In this document: positions 32,071 to 58,341 of the stretch, piece by piece | Numbering within the stretch: position 1 is the stretch's first letter | Layout: every line of letters starts with the position of its first letter | Origin: Nymphaea colorata | Taxonomy: Eukaryota | Direction: 5' to 3' | DNA length: 64,000 nucleotides | NCBI RefSeq assembly: GCF_008831285.2 | Contig: NC_045138.2 | Coordinates: 2,418,001-2,482,000, forward strand | Notes under the pieces: model-generated | What the model was told of the DNA's origin: nothing | What the model saw: the letters and a program-made list of their open reading frames with translations, nothing else | The model's database searches: none | Made by a program: the position numbers and the translations under genes

Positions 32071-33586
32071 GATGTGCACTGGAAAGAGCCGAGGCGCCTC
32101 AGTGTACACACACTTAACAACACTGGTTTGGACAAATAATAGATCACCGTTCAACTTTTGAGAGCGCATTTGGATAATATTCCCTTAAACATGTATTTTT
32201 GTTTAAACGATAAGATTTATAGGACACTCACATAATGTTCCTTCTTCCAAACGACCCATAACCGACTTTCCTAGTTGGGTACAGAGAGAGAGAGAGAGAG
32301 AGAGAAAGTAATCTATAATTGATCCATATTAGATATCGTTTCACCATAGTTGGTTTGCAATTGCTTTGCCTCTAATTGATGAAAGAGTTGGGGGGTCTTT
32401 GATAGCCTCAAATTTGAGATCTTTAGGATTTGGAAACTCCAGATTTAAGATTAAACCCTCGCCCCTCAGATCATAAATCCGACCTTTTTCCACTGCAAAG
32501 AAGTAAAATGAGGATCTTAAGTGTGGATCTAGGTTTGATCTAGGATCCGTAGGTCGATGATCCATAGATTTTACCTTGGATCCTTTGCCACATCACTGAA
32601 CGCACACCATGTCATCCAAATAAGAAGCTATCAAATTTCTAGCTAATCTTAATTTATTTTCCACCTTAGGAAGACCTAGCGACATTTTTTTTTAAGTTGG
32701 TAAGACTTATACCAGATGATGTAACAGAACTATTTAACTCAAAAGTCTTAAATTAATCATACTTATGCGGTTTAGTACCTTGTTTCCCCTTAAAAGAAAG
32801 ACGGAGAGAAGCTACGCCATTAAAGTTCTAATCTCAGCCATGAGCGTCAGATTCCTGAGCTTATGAAGAAAAAGGCCCACTGGGAAATAAGAAATTGGAT
32901 AAGCTATGAACAGAAGATAATTTACTTTAGAAATAAACAAAAGTTTATGTTATTTATTTTGACTTTGATTGACTGATTTTTTTCTTCTTTTAATTTCAAC
33001 ATTTTTTTTTTCCAAATTGCTCATACTATTACTACCAAGTTGGACACTTGAACATAGGAATCCAATTCAACCCATGAGAAAGCATTCTACCGTGGATGTA
33101 GGCCAAACAGCTGAACCACGTAATCTTTGTGTGTGTTCCCTCTCGCTTTCTCTCTCTCAACTGTCCCCAAAATATCAGTTTAGATGGATCGAATGGAGGT
33201 TGATATAACTCATCCACTGAAGATGGGTAAAACTTTGTCATAGGTGAGGCAAAAACTAAGAAGCGGGTTGATTTTTCCAAGTATCCATGAAATTAAATGA
33301 AATAGAAGTATGAAAGTAATGAAATAACGGAAAAGAGTGGCGAAGATACCTTCAGATTTTGATAATCAAGCGTAGGTAAAACCCCAACAACTCTCTGTTT
33401 CCTTTCATCTCAAAATGAAGCGATACCACCTTATAGAAGGATTCTCAGAAGACCATATGTCACTAGGTTTGCCATAAAATGGATTGAAGGTTCGTCCCTG
33501 CCGTCTGCAGGCCCTTCCTTATGTTGGTAGTGAGGGAGTAGCCAGAGAAACGAGAGATTGAGACGGAGAGGGAGTGGAGGGAAGCC

Positions 33587-35730
<2,144 letters not shown>

Positions 35731-38191
35731 ACTCTACATGTTCATCAAACAAAGTTATAGGGGAGGTGTGTGTATGCACACATTGTGGAGCCTAGTCCTG
35801 ACAAAAGATTGGGACTTCCATGAAAGGACATGCATTCGTTTGGATCTGGGTATGATCAGGACCGATTTATGCTGTATTTAGGGCCCTGGAGGTACACAAC
35901 TGCAGACCTTTATTTTGATATGTATTGATGTTTTCTTGAGTCTCATGTAATTTGTGTTTTTATGTTTCAATGAAATTAAGGCAAGCCTAAGAGATTGAGG
36001 ACAACTTGACATTTTTAAGAAAGGTCGTTGTGCTTCTTGTTGAAGATTACCATTTAGACTTGGCATTAAATCACATGAACTTGGTTTTATATTGAAGAGA
36101 AAGGCATGAAGGTCTTATTAAATTTAATCTAGACTTACATCTGATAATATGTATGGGCGATACATATGCCATTGTGTTCCATGGAGCTCATCAAAAGAAC
36201 TTGTAGTTGAGTTCCTCACATTAAAGATGTTCCTATCTGCAGCCTCTGTGGCATTTGTCTGTAGTTCTGTTTGCAACCGAGCTTTGGATGTTGCATTTCT
36301 GATATGGACAAGTTTTCTTTCTGCCTATGGCTTTTAGAAAAGTTTGGGTTGAAGTCTTCTGTATTTTGTTGTCTGGACAGGATTACACCTTCTCCCTTCT
36401 CTCTTTCTGGTTCAGGCATAAGCAAGCTGAGAACCGACAGACTCTTGCCATATGCCTAGTTGCACCTGAGATATCGAGCTCTTCACCTTCTTCAACCTGG
36501 TCTTAGGTCCAACCTTTTAGTCAGTCAGATGGATCTCTTATTGTTTGTTTACAGAAAAAAAGTATGATTTCCTGGATCTTTTTTTCAGGAACTAGACCTC
36601 AAGAGGAATAAAATGAACTGAAGCTTTCTCTCTCATGAAATTGGATTGGTTGCTCCATCGGATAGAACACTGGCAATCTATTTAACCTCCGGTGTTCTTC
36701 AGTTTGATGATATAGATGTGAAATTTTAATGGTTATGGCCAATATTTTATCTCTTCACTAATAAAATTTCCATTAATGTTGTTAAAGCTAGAGAAGGTGA
36801 TGCTTGTCATGGCCAACATGTGGGTGCTGATTCTTTTAATATACTGGCATTGGTGGTGGCTAGTACTCTATGCTGGCACGAGATACTCATAACAAGTGTA
36901 CTGGAGCAGAATTCTGCTTTGTTGAAAATAGTTGAAGGTGGATATAAAGTGGCTATTGATGATTTGAACCCATACAAATTCATTTTGTATGTAGAGATGC
37001 TGAAACTTCTCCAGTTTGTCATACCAACAGCCTGATGTGGGGATAGAGTTGCTGGCAGAAGCTGCAGAACTTCGAGGTGCATGACATATGATTTAATCTT
37101 ACATTTGGTCTAACAGATATTAACCCACTTCATGGCCTGCTTCAATTCTGGAGACGATGAATTTACAAACGGTAATTAGGTTCTTGTGAATATGAGATGC
37201 ACCACCCTCAAATTTTTGATAAAAGAACAGTTGCATTGCATCATGAATTCATGAAAGAATGAAATCAGGTAGCTTGAATTTAAAATAGACCCTTGATATC
37301 AAATCAAGCACATTACATTGACTCCTGAATAAAAAAAACTAGCAGATCTATTTCTTCACTGGGGGGAAACAATTAGCTTGATTTATAATCTGTTGAATCA
37401 TTAGTTATAAGTCCATTCTATGCTGAATATGATCAGAATATGGTTTTTACAACCACAATTATGTTTCGAGAGCTGGTCACAAACACATTCAAGTAGATCT
37501 GCGTTGTCTTTCTTCTGTTTAAGATTATAGGAAAAAAAAAAACTCTAATTATACTTACTTCCTGCACTTCTGTTCCGTTATGAAGCACTCTATTTGATGC
37601 TAACGTCAAACTGGCAGGCCTTGAAACGTTGGCATCTGTTAAGCTGTGATCAAATGTTCATGAAAATGCGCCAACAACACCATTGAATCAAACCGATGAT
37701 ATCAACTAAGGAAAGCAAGAAGTGAGTCTATAACTGCTGCTGATTCATGCCGTTGATCATGCCTTGATTCTTGTAAGTAGCAGTAATCCGCTGGGAACTT
37801 GATTCATAAGTCCAACTTGTACAAAAAGGTTTTGGAGAACTAAACATGAGATGAGTCGAGTCAAAAAGCACTTTCATGAACTTGAAGGTGGTATTACTGT
37901 GAGGAGCAAATCACCTCCATACAAGTGATAAAACTGTGAAGTTATGACAAGTACCATTTCTTTGAAACAGTGTTTTCCTGTTCGGCCAGAACCGGCATTG
38001 GGTGATTCGAATTGAATTGATAAGCACCAATTCAACAATGTCGTGCCTAAACTTCAACTATTTTTAAAAATTATTCTAAGATTTTCTTTATGACTTTTAA
38101 AATGATTAAAAAAAAATCAGCTGATTCACAATCAGCTCAACTGACAGCTTTGCCTGAGGTTCCGAAGCAGTCTTGGACTTCGATGCAAGTA

Positions 38192-38645
38192 AGGATGTTA
38201 ATCAGATTTGAATCCGATGTATCCTTAACCCTAGATTTTTTTTTTTTCAGATATTCACATCTTTGGATTCAAATACAAACAAATTAGGAAAGTCATATAT
38301 GAATCTTAATATATATCCAAAATCCGATATTATAATCTGAAAATCCGATCCGATTCTGATTTTTACATTCACATTTGAATCCAAATCCGAATTTTGAATC
38401 GAATTTGGCTGTTTTAAAAAATGTAAGAGCATTAAATATACAATATTTGTTTAAATATAAATTTGATCTGAATTAGTATCTGAATACAATAAGATATTTA
38501 TGTATGTCTGAATCTGATTAGATGTTATTTCTTAAATCTAAATTCGATCTTATTTCTTAATAAAAATTTATTATTTTTTCTATATCCAAAACTTTTGGAA
38601 AACGTTCGGTCAGATATCTAATCCAAATAAGTTATATTGACATGA
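38192..38645. mobile_element. MITE-like element (ATCCGA-rich family)
   Basis: Termini GGATGTTAAT...ATTGACATG; colinear similarity with the OPR-B intron 3 insertion. Confidence 0.65.
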
Positions 38646-38728
38646 GTAAGGGAAATAGGGGTGGCTTCGCCTATGGTAGATTGCTACCTAATTGACAACT
38701 TTACAGGTTGGATTTTTATAATCCTCAA

Positions 38729-39055
38729 TAGACTTGGGCATGGGGTATGGTACCCAACGGATACCCGGTACTCGGCTCGGGCTCGAGCCCAAAAAAACCA
38801 GCTATATGATGTATCGGGCCGACTTGGGTCGGCCTGACGAAAAATTATTTTTATTTTATTAAATATATATATTATTATTAAAAATATATTTTATATTATT
38901 TTTTTAATATTTAAAAAAATAAATTTTTTATTGTATCTGGGCGGGGCCCGGGCTCATGTTTTGGGTATCAAACCTGGGCCAAGCTCGGATTTTGGGCATC
39001 AGGCCAGCTCGAACCCAACTCTTATGGGGCCGGACCGGTCCGATACCTAGGTTTA
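38729..39055. mobile_element. hAT-type MITE with GGGCC/GGCCC-rich arms and an AT-rich core
   Basis: Imperfect TIRs TAGACTTGGGCAT / ATACCTAGGTTTA; 8-bp TSD ATCCTCAA/ATCCTCAT. Confidence 0.75.
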
Positions 39056-39723
39056 ATCCTCATGCTTTCTAAAGGGTTCTCAACATAAAAAAAGTTAAAA
39101 AAAAAGTCAAAAGGTACTTACATGAATTTGAAGGTCACATCATTGAAACTTAGATACAGCTTGCCACTCATTTCATTAATGCGTGCATTGTATGGGCACA
39201 TCACTATGACACAGTTGGTCAGTAGTGAATCACCTCCATACAAGTGTCTCAAGTGCAGCCATTCCTAAATTTGTGGACATTGGAGGCATTATTTCTGGTT
39301 AAGAATTTATGACAATTACAGTTGATTACCGATTTGGATTGTGACAAATGTAAAAATTCCTTTTCCATCTCAAGCAAGATAGTGCATCATAAAATGACCA
39401 ATATTGTCTTTTCACATTTAAAAATAACAAAAAAAGGAATAAAAATTGTCAACTACCCTAAAGAGTATTGACCATTGTCATCCACAGGACCACAACCATC
39501 CCTTATTTCTCTTCCCACAGCTTCATGTACTTGAAAAAGTTAGATGACTACATTCATGTTTCCTAACCAATCTCAAGTACTGTTTCCTTTTTTTTCTTTA
39601 GTACCAATTGAGGAGATGAGATAGATGACAAAAGTTTCCATGATTTGTTTTTGCAAGATGTTGCGAGGCTGCCTCGCAATTTCTAAGAATTTAACCAGCA
39701 TTTTGGAAGCAAAACATTGTTTT

Positions 39724-40195
39724 TAGGGGTGAACACGAGCCTGAGTTCAGTCAGCTCAAGCTCGGCTCGAATCCGCTCGAGCTCGAGAATAGCTCGACGG
39801 AAGCAGCTCGAGCTCGACTCGATTAAGGCTCGATAAACTTGTTTGAATAGAATTGATATTCATCCTTACGTGTTGAGCTCGAGCTCGACTCGACTAAGGC
39901 TCGACAAACTCATTTGAATAGAATTGACATTCATCTTTACATGTTGAGATTGAGCTTGACTCGATTAAGGATCAAGAAACTTGTAAACCCGTTTGAATAT
40001 ATCGACTTGATTAAGGCTTGACAAACTCGATTAAGGCTCGAGCTCAACTCGACAGTTACGTGTTTTGCTCGAACTCAACTCAATTATTTGAACGAGTTGA
40101 CTCATGAACTCGAGCTCAACTTGTTAAGCAAATGACTCGATTTGAACTCGTTCACGAGTCGAGCTTTAATGGGTCGAGCTCGAGTAGCTCGGCTC
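39724..40195 (+). mobile_element. CTCGAG-rich non-autonomous element (TIR TAGGGGTGAACA) with 71-bp internal tandem repeats, right end truncated
   Basis: Starts TAGGGGTGAACACGAG; internal units at 39805, 39876 and 39947; a reverse-oriented relative lies at 60979-61512. Confidence 0.75.
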
Positions 40196-40895
40196 CGGAT
40201 TGTTTTGTTTTGCTTCTAAAACGCCGTCCAACGCATGTTTGGGTGACTGTCGAAATTAGTGTAAGGCTGCCGAAATTGGGTTTATAAAAAACTCAATTTT
40301 GACAAAATAACATTTTCAAATGAGAATGAATAGCCGAACCCCCTATGTTTTATTTATTTATTTATTTATTACAAAAAATGGGGGCCAAAAAGGCGTGTTC
40401 AAAAGGAAGCGAATAATTTGACACCCTAAGTTTGTTTTTCACATAAAACCCCATTTTGAGTAGGCCTTCATATCAATTCCCAGATTATTTTGAATTCATG
40501 TAAATACGGTAAGTAAGTATCTCACAATTTTTTTTGCGGAGTTACAACTTATCCAATAAGTTTTTTTTTTTTTACTCGTATCTGAATTGAGATGAAATTC
40601 TTGCAACATAGACACAATAGATCGACAACCAGAGATTTGAAAAAAAATGCATTAGTTAAAAATTTTAAACTTTTAAGGGGCATCAACATATAAATAAGAA
40701 AAATTATCCTAAAATGCCAATGTAAAAATAAATATTTATTTTGTGGGTTGCATGACCGAATTAAGAGTGCCATTAGTGAAATTTTAGTTATTTTTAAAAT
40801 ATTTAAAAAATATTCTTATACACTAAAATGTCGCAAATGCCCTTGGGCGTAATGTTGCATCACTTTGGGGAGAGCAACGAGCATGCGTAGTATTT

Positions 40896-40939
40896 TGACG
40901 TCTAATAAAGACTGTAACTGTGACGGGTTTGCTATAAAA
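40896..40939 (+). promoter_or_regulatory. OPR-D core promoter: two TGACG motifs plus TATA box
   Basis: TGACG at 40896 and 40921; TATAAAA at 40933-40939. Confidence 0.55.
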
Positions 40940-41034
40940 GGATCGGAGTGCCTCCACTGCGATCTGCATATGCGGACCATTTCCAGTGAGATAGTCGTGA
41001 GAGAAACAGGAGAGAGAGAGACAGAGAGGTAGCC

Positions 41035-43781
<2,747 letters not shown>

Positions 43782-44931
43782 AGTGTATTACAGATTCTTT
43801 GTGAAGTGATTGGTTGTTCTAGTTTGTAATCTTTTTCTGTCAAAACCTGAGTTGCTATGGGGAAGTTGGGATCTATCGGTTCAAAGACCGGAGCCCAGTG
43901 TGGGAGTGGGTTAGGTCGTTATAATAGAGTCATTAGGTTCATGTGAATTTGAGCACTATTACCTACAAATTTTTATGTTCTACTCTGTTTCAAGGAGATT
44001 CTAACACATGAAATGTTACAGATGAGTTCAGTTCCTATTACTGTGTAAGAAACTATGCTGTGTATAAAGCATTCTTGTCTCATTAATGGCTACTTAGTAC
44101 CCATTTAAAACACACTTGGTACTACATGTATTATTTGCGTTTTCTTCATGTTGTTTGTTTTTCTTTCACATTTTTTTTCCCTAATTTTTAGTTATCAGAT
44201 ATACATTTTCACATTTTTTTTAGTTATTTTTTTAAAATCTCGCCAAGATTTTCCTGAAAAAAACTCACCTGCAGAATGCGAATTTTGTAATAGCCATATA
44301 AACCAAGCCAACCAAGAAGTGATTCTATAATTGCTAATAATCATATCATTCACTATCATTCAAATCATGCCTTATTCTTGATTTACAAGTCCACGTTGTT
44401 GTCATCAATGTAATGTTCCTAAGGAAACTTTACTACTTTCACTAACTAAAGCTCGAGATGAGTCCCATCAAGTGATCTGTTCTTCGAGGTCAAATAGTAT
44501 TTTTCATGGATTTGAAGGTTACATCAATGGTGACATAACTGTGCAGGCGCTGATCACCTCCAGACACGTTGCTCAAGTGTAGCCACTTCTGAACTTGTGG
44601 ATGCTAGACACATGATTTCATGGGTCATTCATCAGTGGTAAAAGTTTACAATATGGACAGTGACAAATATAAAATTCCGTTTCTGTCTTAGGCAGGATAG
44701 TGCATTATTGCGATTGCATCGTGACCAATATTGTCTTTTCACATTCAAACATCACAAAAGATGAACAGCGACCTGGCCACCATAAAGCCATCGTTTCCTA
44801 CTATAAAAAAAATTGTAGGCCCTTGTTAGGGAATTCAAGAAAATGGCGTTGGGTTGGGTTTTTTAGGCAAATACAGGCATATGTTAGAGATTTGATCAAC
44901 TAAAGAAATTATACACTTGGTGTCATACTGT

Positions 44932-45305
44932 TAGGGCTGCACAATAAATTAAGCCAACTTGAATTCGACTCGAACTAGTTCAGTTAACCTTGACCCATTT
45001 GTAAGCGAGTCGTTCTCGAGCTTAACTAAAAGCTCAAGCTTGTAAAGAAATCGAGTTGAAGTTACATGAACGCGACTCGATTAAAATCGATTAAGCTCGT
45101 TTAATTTAAGGATTTTTGTAATTTCCAAATTTAAAACCAAGAAAAAAAAATCAAGTCAAATGGGGAGTTGGTAAACAAGTTTAAATGAGTCAAGTTTGAG
45201 TAGGGGACTCAGTCTATCGAGTTTGGCCTGACCTTGTACAACTCAACTCGAGCTCGAATCAAGAAAGTTGTGACGGGCTGACGACTTGGCTCTTGTACAA
45301 CCCTA
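44932..45305. mobile_element. CTCGAG-rich MITE (TIR TAGGGCTGCACAA / TTGTACAACCCTA)
   Basis: Terminal inverted repeats are visible; a duplicated copy lies at about 52374-52726 within the segmental duplication. No clear TSD. Confidence 0.6.
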
Positions 45306-45664
45306 ATTATTATCTCAACAAAAACTCGACTCAATGTTTTTATTTGTCTACTATAAACATAAGCCTTTGTTAGGAAATTAAAATGCAGTGCCCAACAATT
45401 TTGATGCAAAGATAGGTATATGTTAGCAAATTATGAAATAAAAAAGAGTCAATTTCCCTTTCAAGGTAAAGATGCTTGTCATCCACAAATATCCACAAAT
45501 GTACATGAACTAGATATACAACTAAATTCATTTGCTTGTAATCCAAGTCAAATTTATTTGGTTGAATAGACCCCACTGACACACACAACACACACAAATT
45601 GTCAGAGGGACTGTGTGGCTTTCCATGCTACTAGAAAAGTGACCAGCCACCTACCACCCATTGC

Positions 45665-46074
45665 TTCGAGCTTGACTCGGTAGATATGTGTTGAATTCGA
45701 GCTCGACTCGACTCGATTAAGCTCTGACAAACTTGTTTGAATATATGGCCTATTACTTTGCCATAAATCGAGCTCAAATCGATTAAGACTCGGCAAACTT
45801 GAATGAGTTTTTGTAAAACTTACATAAATAATTAACGTCAATCTACCAATTTTTTAATTTAAAAAAAAAGTCAGATATTTTAAAAATCGCTACACATCAT
45901 TTTCGAGTCGAGTCGAGCTTTAATAGTTCGCGTTCAGTGAACTCCAACGCAACTCGATTATTTGAACGAGTGGACTCATGAACTCGAGCTCGACTCATTA
46001 AGCAAATGACTCGGCTCGAACTCATTCATGAGCTGAGCTTTAACGAGTAGTCGAGCTCGCGTTGTTCACCCCTA
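45665..46074. mobile_element. CTCGAG-rich element fragment ending in GTTCACCCCTA
   Basis: Same terminus and internal motifs as the 39724/60979 family; a duplicate ends at 53431. Confidence 0.6.
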
Positions 46075-48572
46075 ACTAAGGGTCCATTCAAATCATACTT
46101 AGAACCTAGTTTTGTTTAATGTTTACATATGAATCCAAATCCAAAAAAATACTGCTACTTTGATCGAATTCCGATACAAAACAACCACATTTCTTGCTTG
46201 AATTGATTGAAAAAAGAATAAAAAATTCTGATACGTAATTGTTAAGATAACAAAACAAAGAAGAAGGCACCATTAAAGTAGTAGCTAGTATTTGATTGCA
46301 ATTTATTAGAATACACGCTGGTTGAATTATGAACGATGGTTTCGAGTTCAACTGGTTTTCCACTTGATTTAAACACAAAAAAGAGAAGCCCAAACGGGTA
46401 ACTTGTGTTTGATGGTTACATGGGAGGCATGGAAAACTTGTCTACAAAAGACAAATAATTCTAGCCCTTCAAACGCACCCTGAAACCCGTGAACCAACTT
46501 TCGTGAGAACTGCTTTTCATCAAACACACAATCAGGCCAAGCAAAAAAAAAAAAAAAAAAAAAATCAGAGGTTGTCTTTTCTTTTCTTTTTCAGGGGGCG
46601 TTGGGAGAGTTGAAAAGTTCAAATTGATGTGACAAGAAAGACCGGTTCAAAGGCAAAGCAGTAAAATGAAAGAAAAAAAAAATTAAAATGGAAGAAAAAA
46701 AAACTGAAAATATCCATTTTTTTCAAAATGGCTAAAATACCCTAAAATGCCATGGAAACATCTTGTCAAAGGTGGTACCTACCGGGCACTGAGAGTATTC
46801 AGAAAACTGGTTCTAAATGTTCTCAATCTCTTCAATCACCATTTTCGTGCAGAATAAATACACATGAACAAGCTCACAAGGGGTAACTTGTGTCTGATGG
46901 TTACGTAGAAGGCATGGAAAACTTGTCCACAAAAGACAAACGATTCCAGCCCATCAAACACACCCGAAAAGCCTGAACCAGTTTTCATGAGAGTTGCTTT
47001 TGGAGACAACAAAGAGAGAAGACATACAATCTCTGAAGAAGGTCAAAACCCACACCCAACCCTTCATAGCCGAAGGTATGAGGGTCTGTGTTGGTGCTTC
47101 GAGATGTCGCCTTCACAAGTTGACGTGACATGGAAGATCAGCTCAAAGCAAAAGCAAAAGTGAAGACATTCTTGGCAGCCATTGATCCATCTCCAACCAC
47201 CCTTAGCTTTTTTTAGTTATCAATAGCATTCGACAAAATGTCGTCCCAAATAATAAGACCAAGGTAATTTTTTCGGTGCACTTAAAATCAATTCAGGAAC
47301 AGAATTGACCCATTTGTTGAATCGGCTGAGCTGCGTGTCCGGGTGAACCAGTAGTGAACCTTGACAAAAAAAAAAAGTTAATTTTTTAAATAAATAAAAA
47401 ATGACATAAATATAATAAAAAGTTTAAGAAATAGACCTAAAAATAGGTTGGAATGTGACAAGTGGTGCCCTTGAATGAGCCATGGAATTGAATAAATTCG
47501 CCAACCAATTCAATTTAAATTTTATGAAAACAGTGTTTTTTTTTGTTTTCCTTATGAAAACTATGCGTGGGTTGAGAGGAAGGCAGAATGTCCTTGTGTT
47601 ATACCTAACCTTTTCACAAAACTTAAAAACATAAAATTTCAAGGAGCATCAATATGTAAATGAAAAAAAATGTTTATAAATATCAATATGAAAAATGAAA
47701 AGTTTTTTTATAGTCTGTAGCCATATATTTTTCAACAAAGCTTTGGAACTTGTGTTTAAGATGCTTTTGGGTGACTAAGGACTCGACTCGATACCTGGCT
47801 CGACTCCAGCTTAGGCTCGAGCTCGAAGAAAAAGCTTCGGGCCAGCACAGTGGACGTAATTAAGCTCAGTTTGGTTCGATAAGATTTTTTTAATATATAT
47901 TTTATTGATTTTTTGTATATAATTATAATATTTTATTATGATTAATTAAATTTATATATTATTTTATATTTAAAATATATTTTTTAATTTAATCAAGTCA
48001 GACTCGAACTCTAATTTTAAATTGAATGTCAGGCCGATCGTATGCCCAAGTCCAAACTAGTTTTAGTTGACCGCCTTTTAATAAAAAAAAAAAAAAAGTA
48101 CCTGAAACCAAACATGTCTCGTGACACAGTTACAAGAAATATTAATTTTCTATAGAAATGAGTTCAGCGGTCTGTGGATCGAATGAACAGATTGAAGCCT
48201 ACTTTGGCAATAATTTATCGATCAAATCTGATTCGAAGTTGGTGTTGGCTTGTGATGAACCGACGTGATCCACATAGCGTCACCCATGACACCAGCCAAG
48301 GAAAACTTTTCCATTCGTCGTCCTCGAGTGCTGGAAAAGTATGAGCTGAAGCCGTGCTTTGACTCAAAACCGCAGAACGGAAGCTTACGGGATTACCGGA
48401 ATCACCCTCCTCCGTCTGCTGAATTTCTTCGTCCTCTGCCTCTTCAATGTCCCAACTTTCTCGCGGTTTGCTTTAAAAGGACTGCATTGCCTCTCCACTG
48501 CCATCGGCATCTCTGGCAATTTGTAGTGAGAAAGTAGTGAGAGAAACGGGAGGGAGGAAGAGAGAGGCAGCC

Positions 48573-54010
<5,438 letters not shown>

Positions 54011-55461
54011 TGGGAAGACTTCTCTTCTCTTCTTGGCAGCCATTGATCCATCTCCAACCACCCTCGGCTGTTTTTGTCGTCGATGAAACAAAAGTATTCA
54101 AAAGCTTGGACAAAATGTCGCGACATGCTTTGACAAGTGATAAAAGCGAGGCAATTTCCATGCTATTAACATCAGTTCTGGAACGGAATTTGTCAAGCTG
54201 CTGATTTGTTGGATCGGAACATCTGCTTGCTTGGCAAAAAAAAAAAATTTACTTTTTTAAATAAAAAAACATAAAATTTAATAAAAATTTAACTAATAAA
54301 TGAAAGAGAGAGGGGGGGAGGCGTAGCCAATAATAATGAATGAGAGAGAGATCTTGTCCAATAATCAGGAAGTTTTTGTTTTTCTTGGGAAAATCTTGAA
54401 GAATTCAAGAAACTTAAACAATTAAAACAAAGAACAACTAAAAAAAAATGAAGATTTGAGTTTGCAACTGATTTTCTTACAAGAATTAATAAAAGCTTGA
54501 AGTATTTTAATATCATGTTGAATGAAACCTGAAAAAATTTAAATATGTTAAACAATTTTCCTTTTCCATTTTTCTTTGTTTGAGAGAGAGAGAGTATATA
54601 AGTAATGAGAAGAAAAAGAGAGTGAACTACACAATAGAGAGAATCAGTGAATTAAATGTGTGAAAGAGAGAGACATTAACGGAATGGGAGAAAAAAATGG
54701 CGATTGATTTAAATGTGAGTGAGAGAGATGGTGAAAGAATTTAAAGGAGAGGGACGTGTTCATGATTCACAAACTGGTTCGGCATAAGTCAAGAACAAGT
54801 TCATCAAACTCGAGCCAAGTCAAGTTAGGTAATAACATGAACGAGACGAGAAAACTCGAACTCGAGTCAAGCTTTAACGAGCCCAGTCGAGCAAACTCAA
54901 CTGGTTGTTCACCCCTAAAAGCAAATCACCAAAGGTAAGGCCACAAGAACAATGAAAAATACGTATCTTAAAAACAAAAAAAAAAAAAAACATTAAAAGT
55001 ACTTGAAAAAGCAATAAAAAAACACAGTGTGGCATGTGACATTCCTTTTTCAGTTTATGAATCTCAATAATTTGCAATGCATTCGATTCAATTCAGCCAT
55101 TTAGAGGGCACTATGAATCAAGGTATGGCTCCACTTGCCTTTGACTCGGCCCGACTCGCCCTTAACTCAGCCTGGCTCGGCCTTGATTCATCTGACCCAC
55201 CCGATTCAGTTGCATGATTTATATTATGATTATTCGCATACCTGATCAACTTGACGACTTAACTCATTGACCCAATCTTGTGCAAGTCAAGTCTGAGTCA
55301 TGGTTTTGCCAACTGTGGAATTTATGTTTTGGCAACCAGAAAATTTATGACTGGTTTCTATATCTGACACTGAAATGTCGGAAATGCCCTTAGTCTTAGT
55401 GCAGCATTAGCATATCTTCTAGTTTCGACGTCTCATACGACCATTTCTGTGATGTGTTCGC

Positions 55462-55468
55462 TATAAAA
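55462..55468 (+). promoter_or_regulatory. TATA box of OPR-F
   Basis: GCTATAAAAGG, about 100 nt upstream of the ATG, homologous to the OPR-D box. Confidence 0.6.
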
Positions 55469-55563
55469 GGATCGAAGTGCCTCCACTGCGATATGCATAG
55501 CGACCATTTGTAGTGAGAGAGTCGTGGGTGAAAAGCAAGAGAGAGAGAGACAGAGAGGTAGCC

Positions 55564-58341
<2,778 letters not shown>

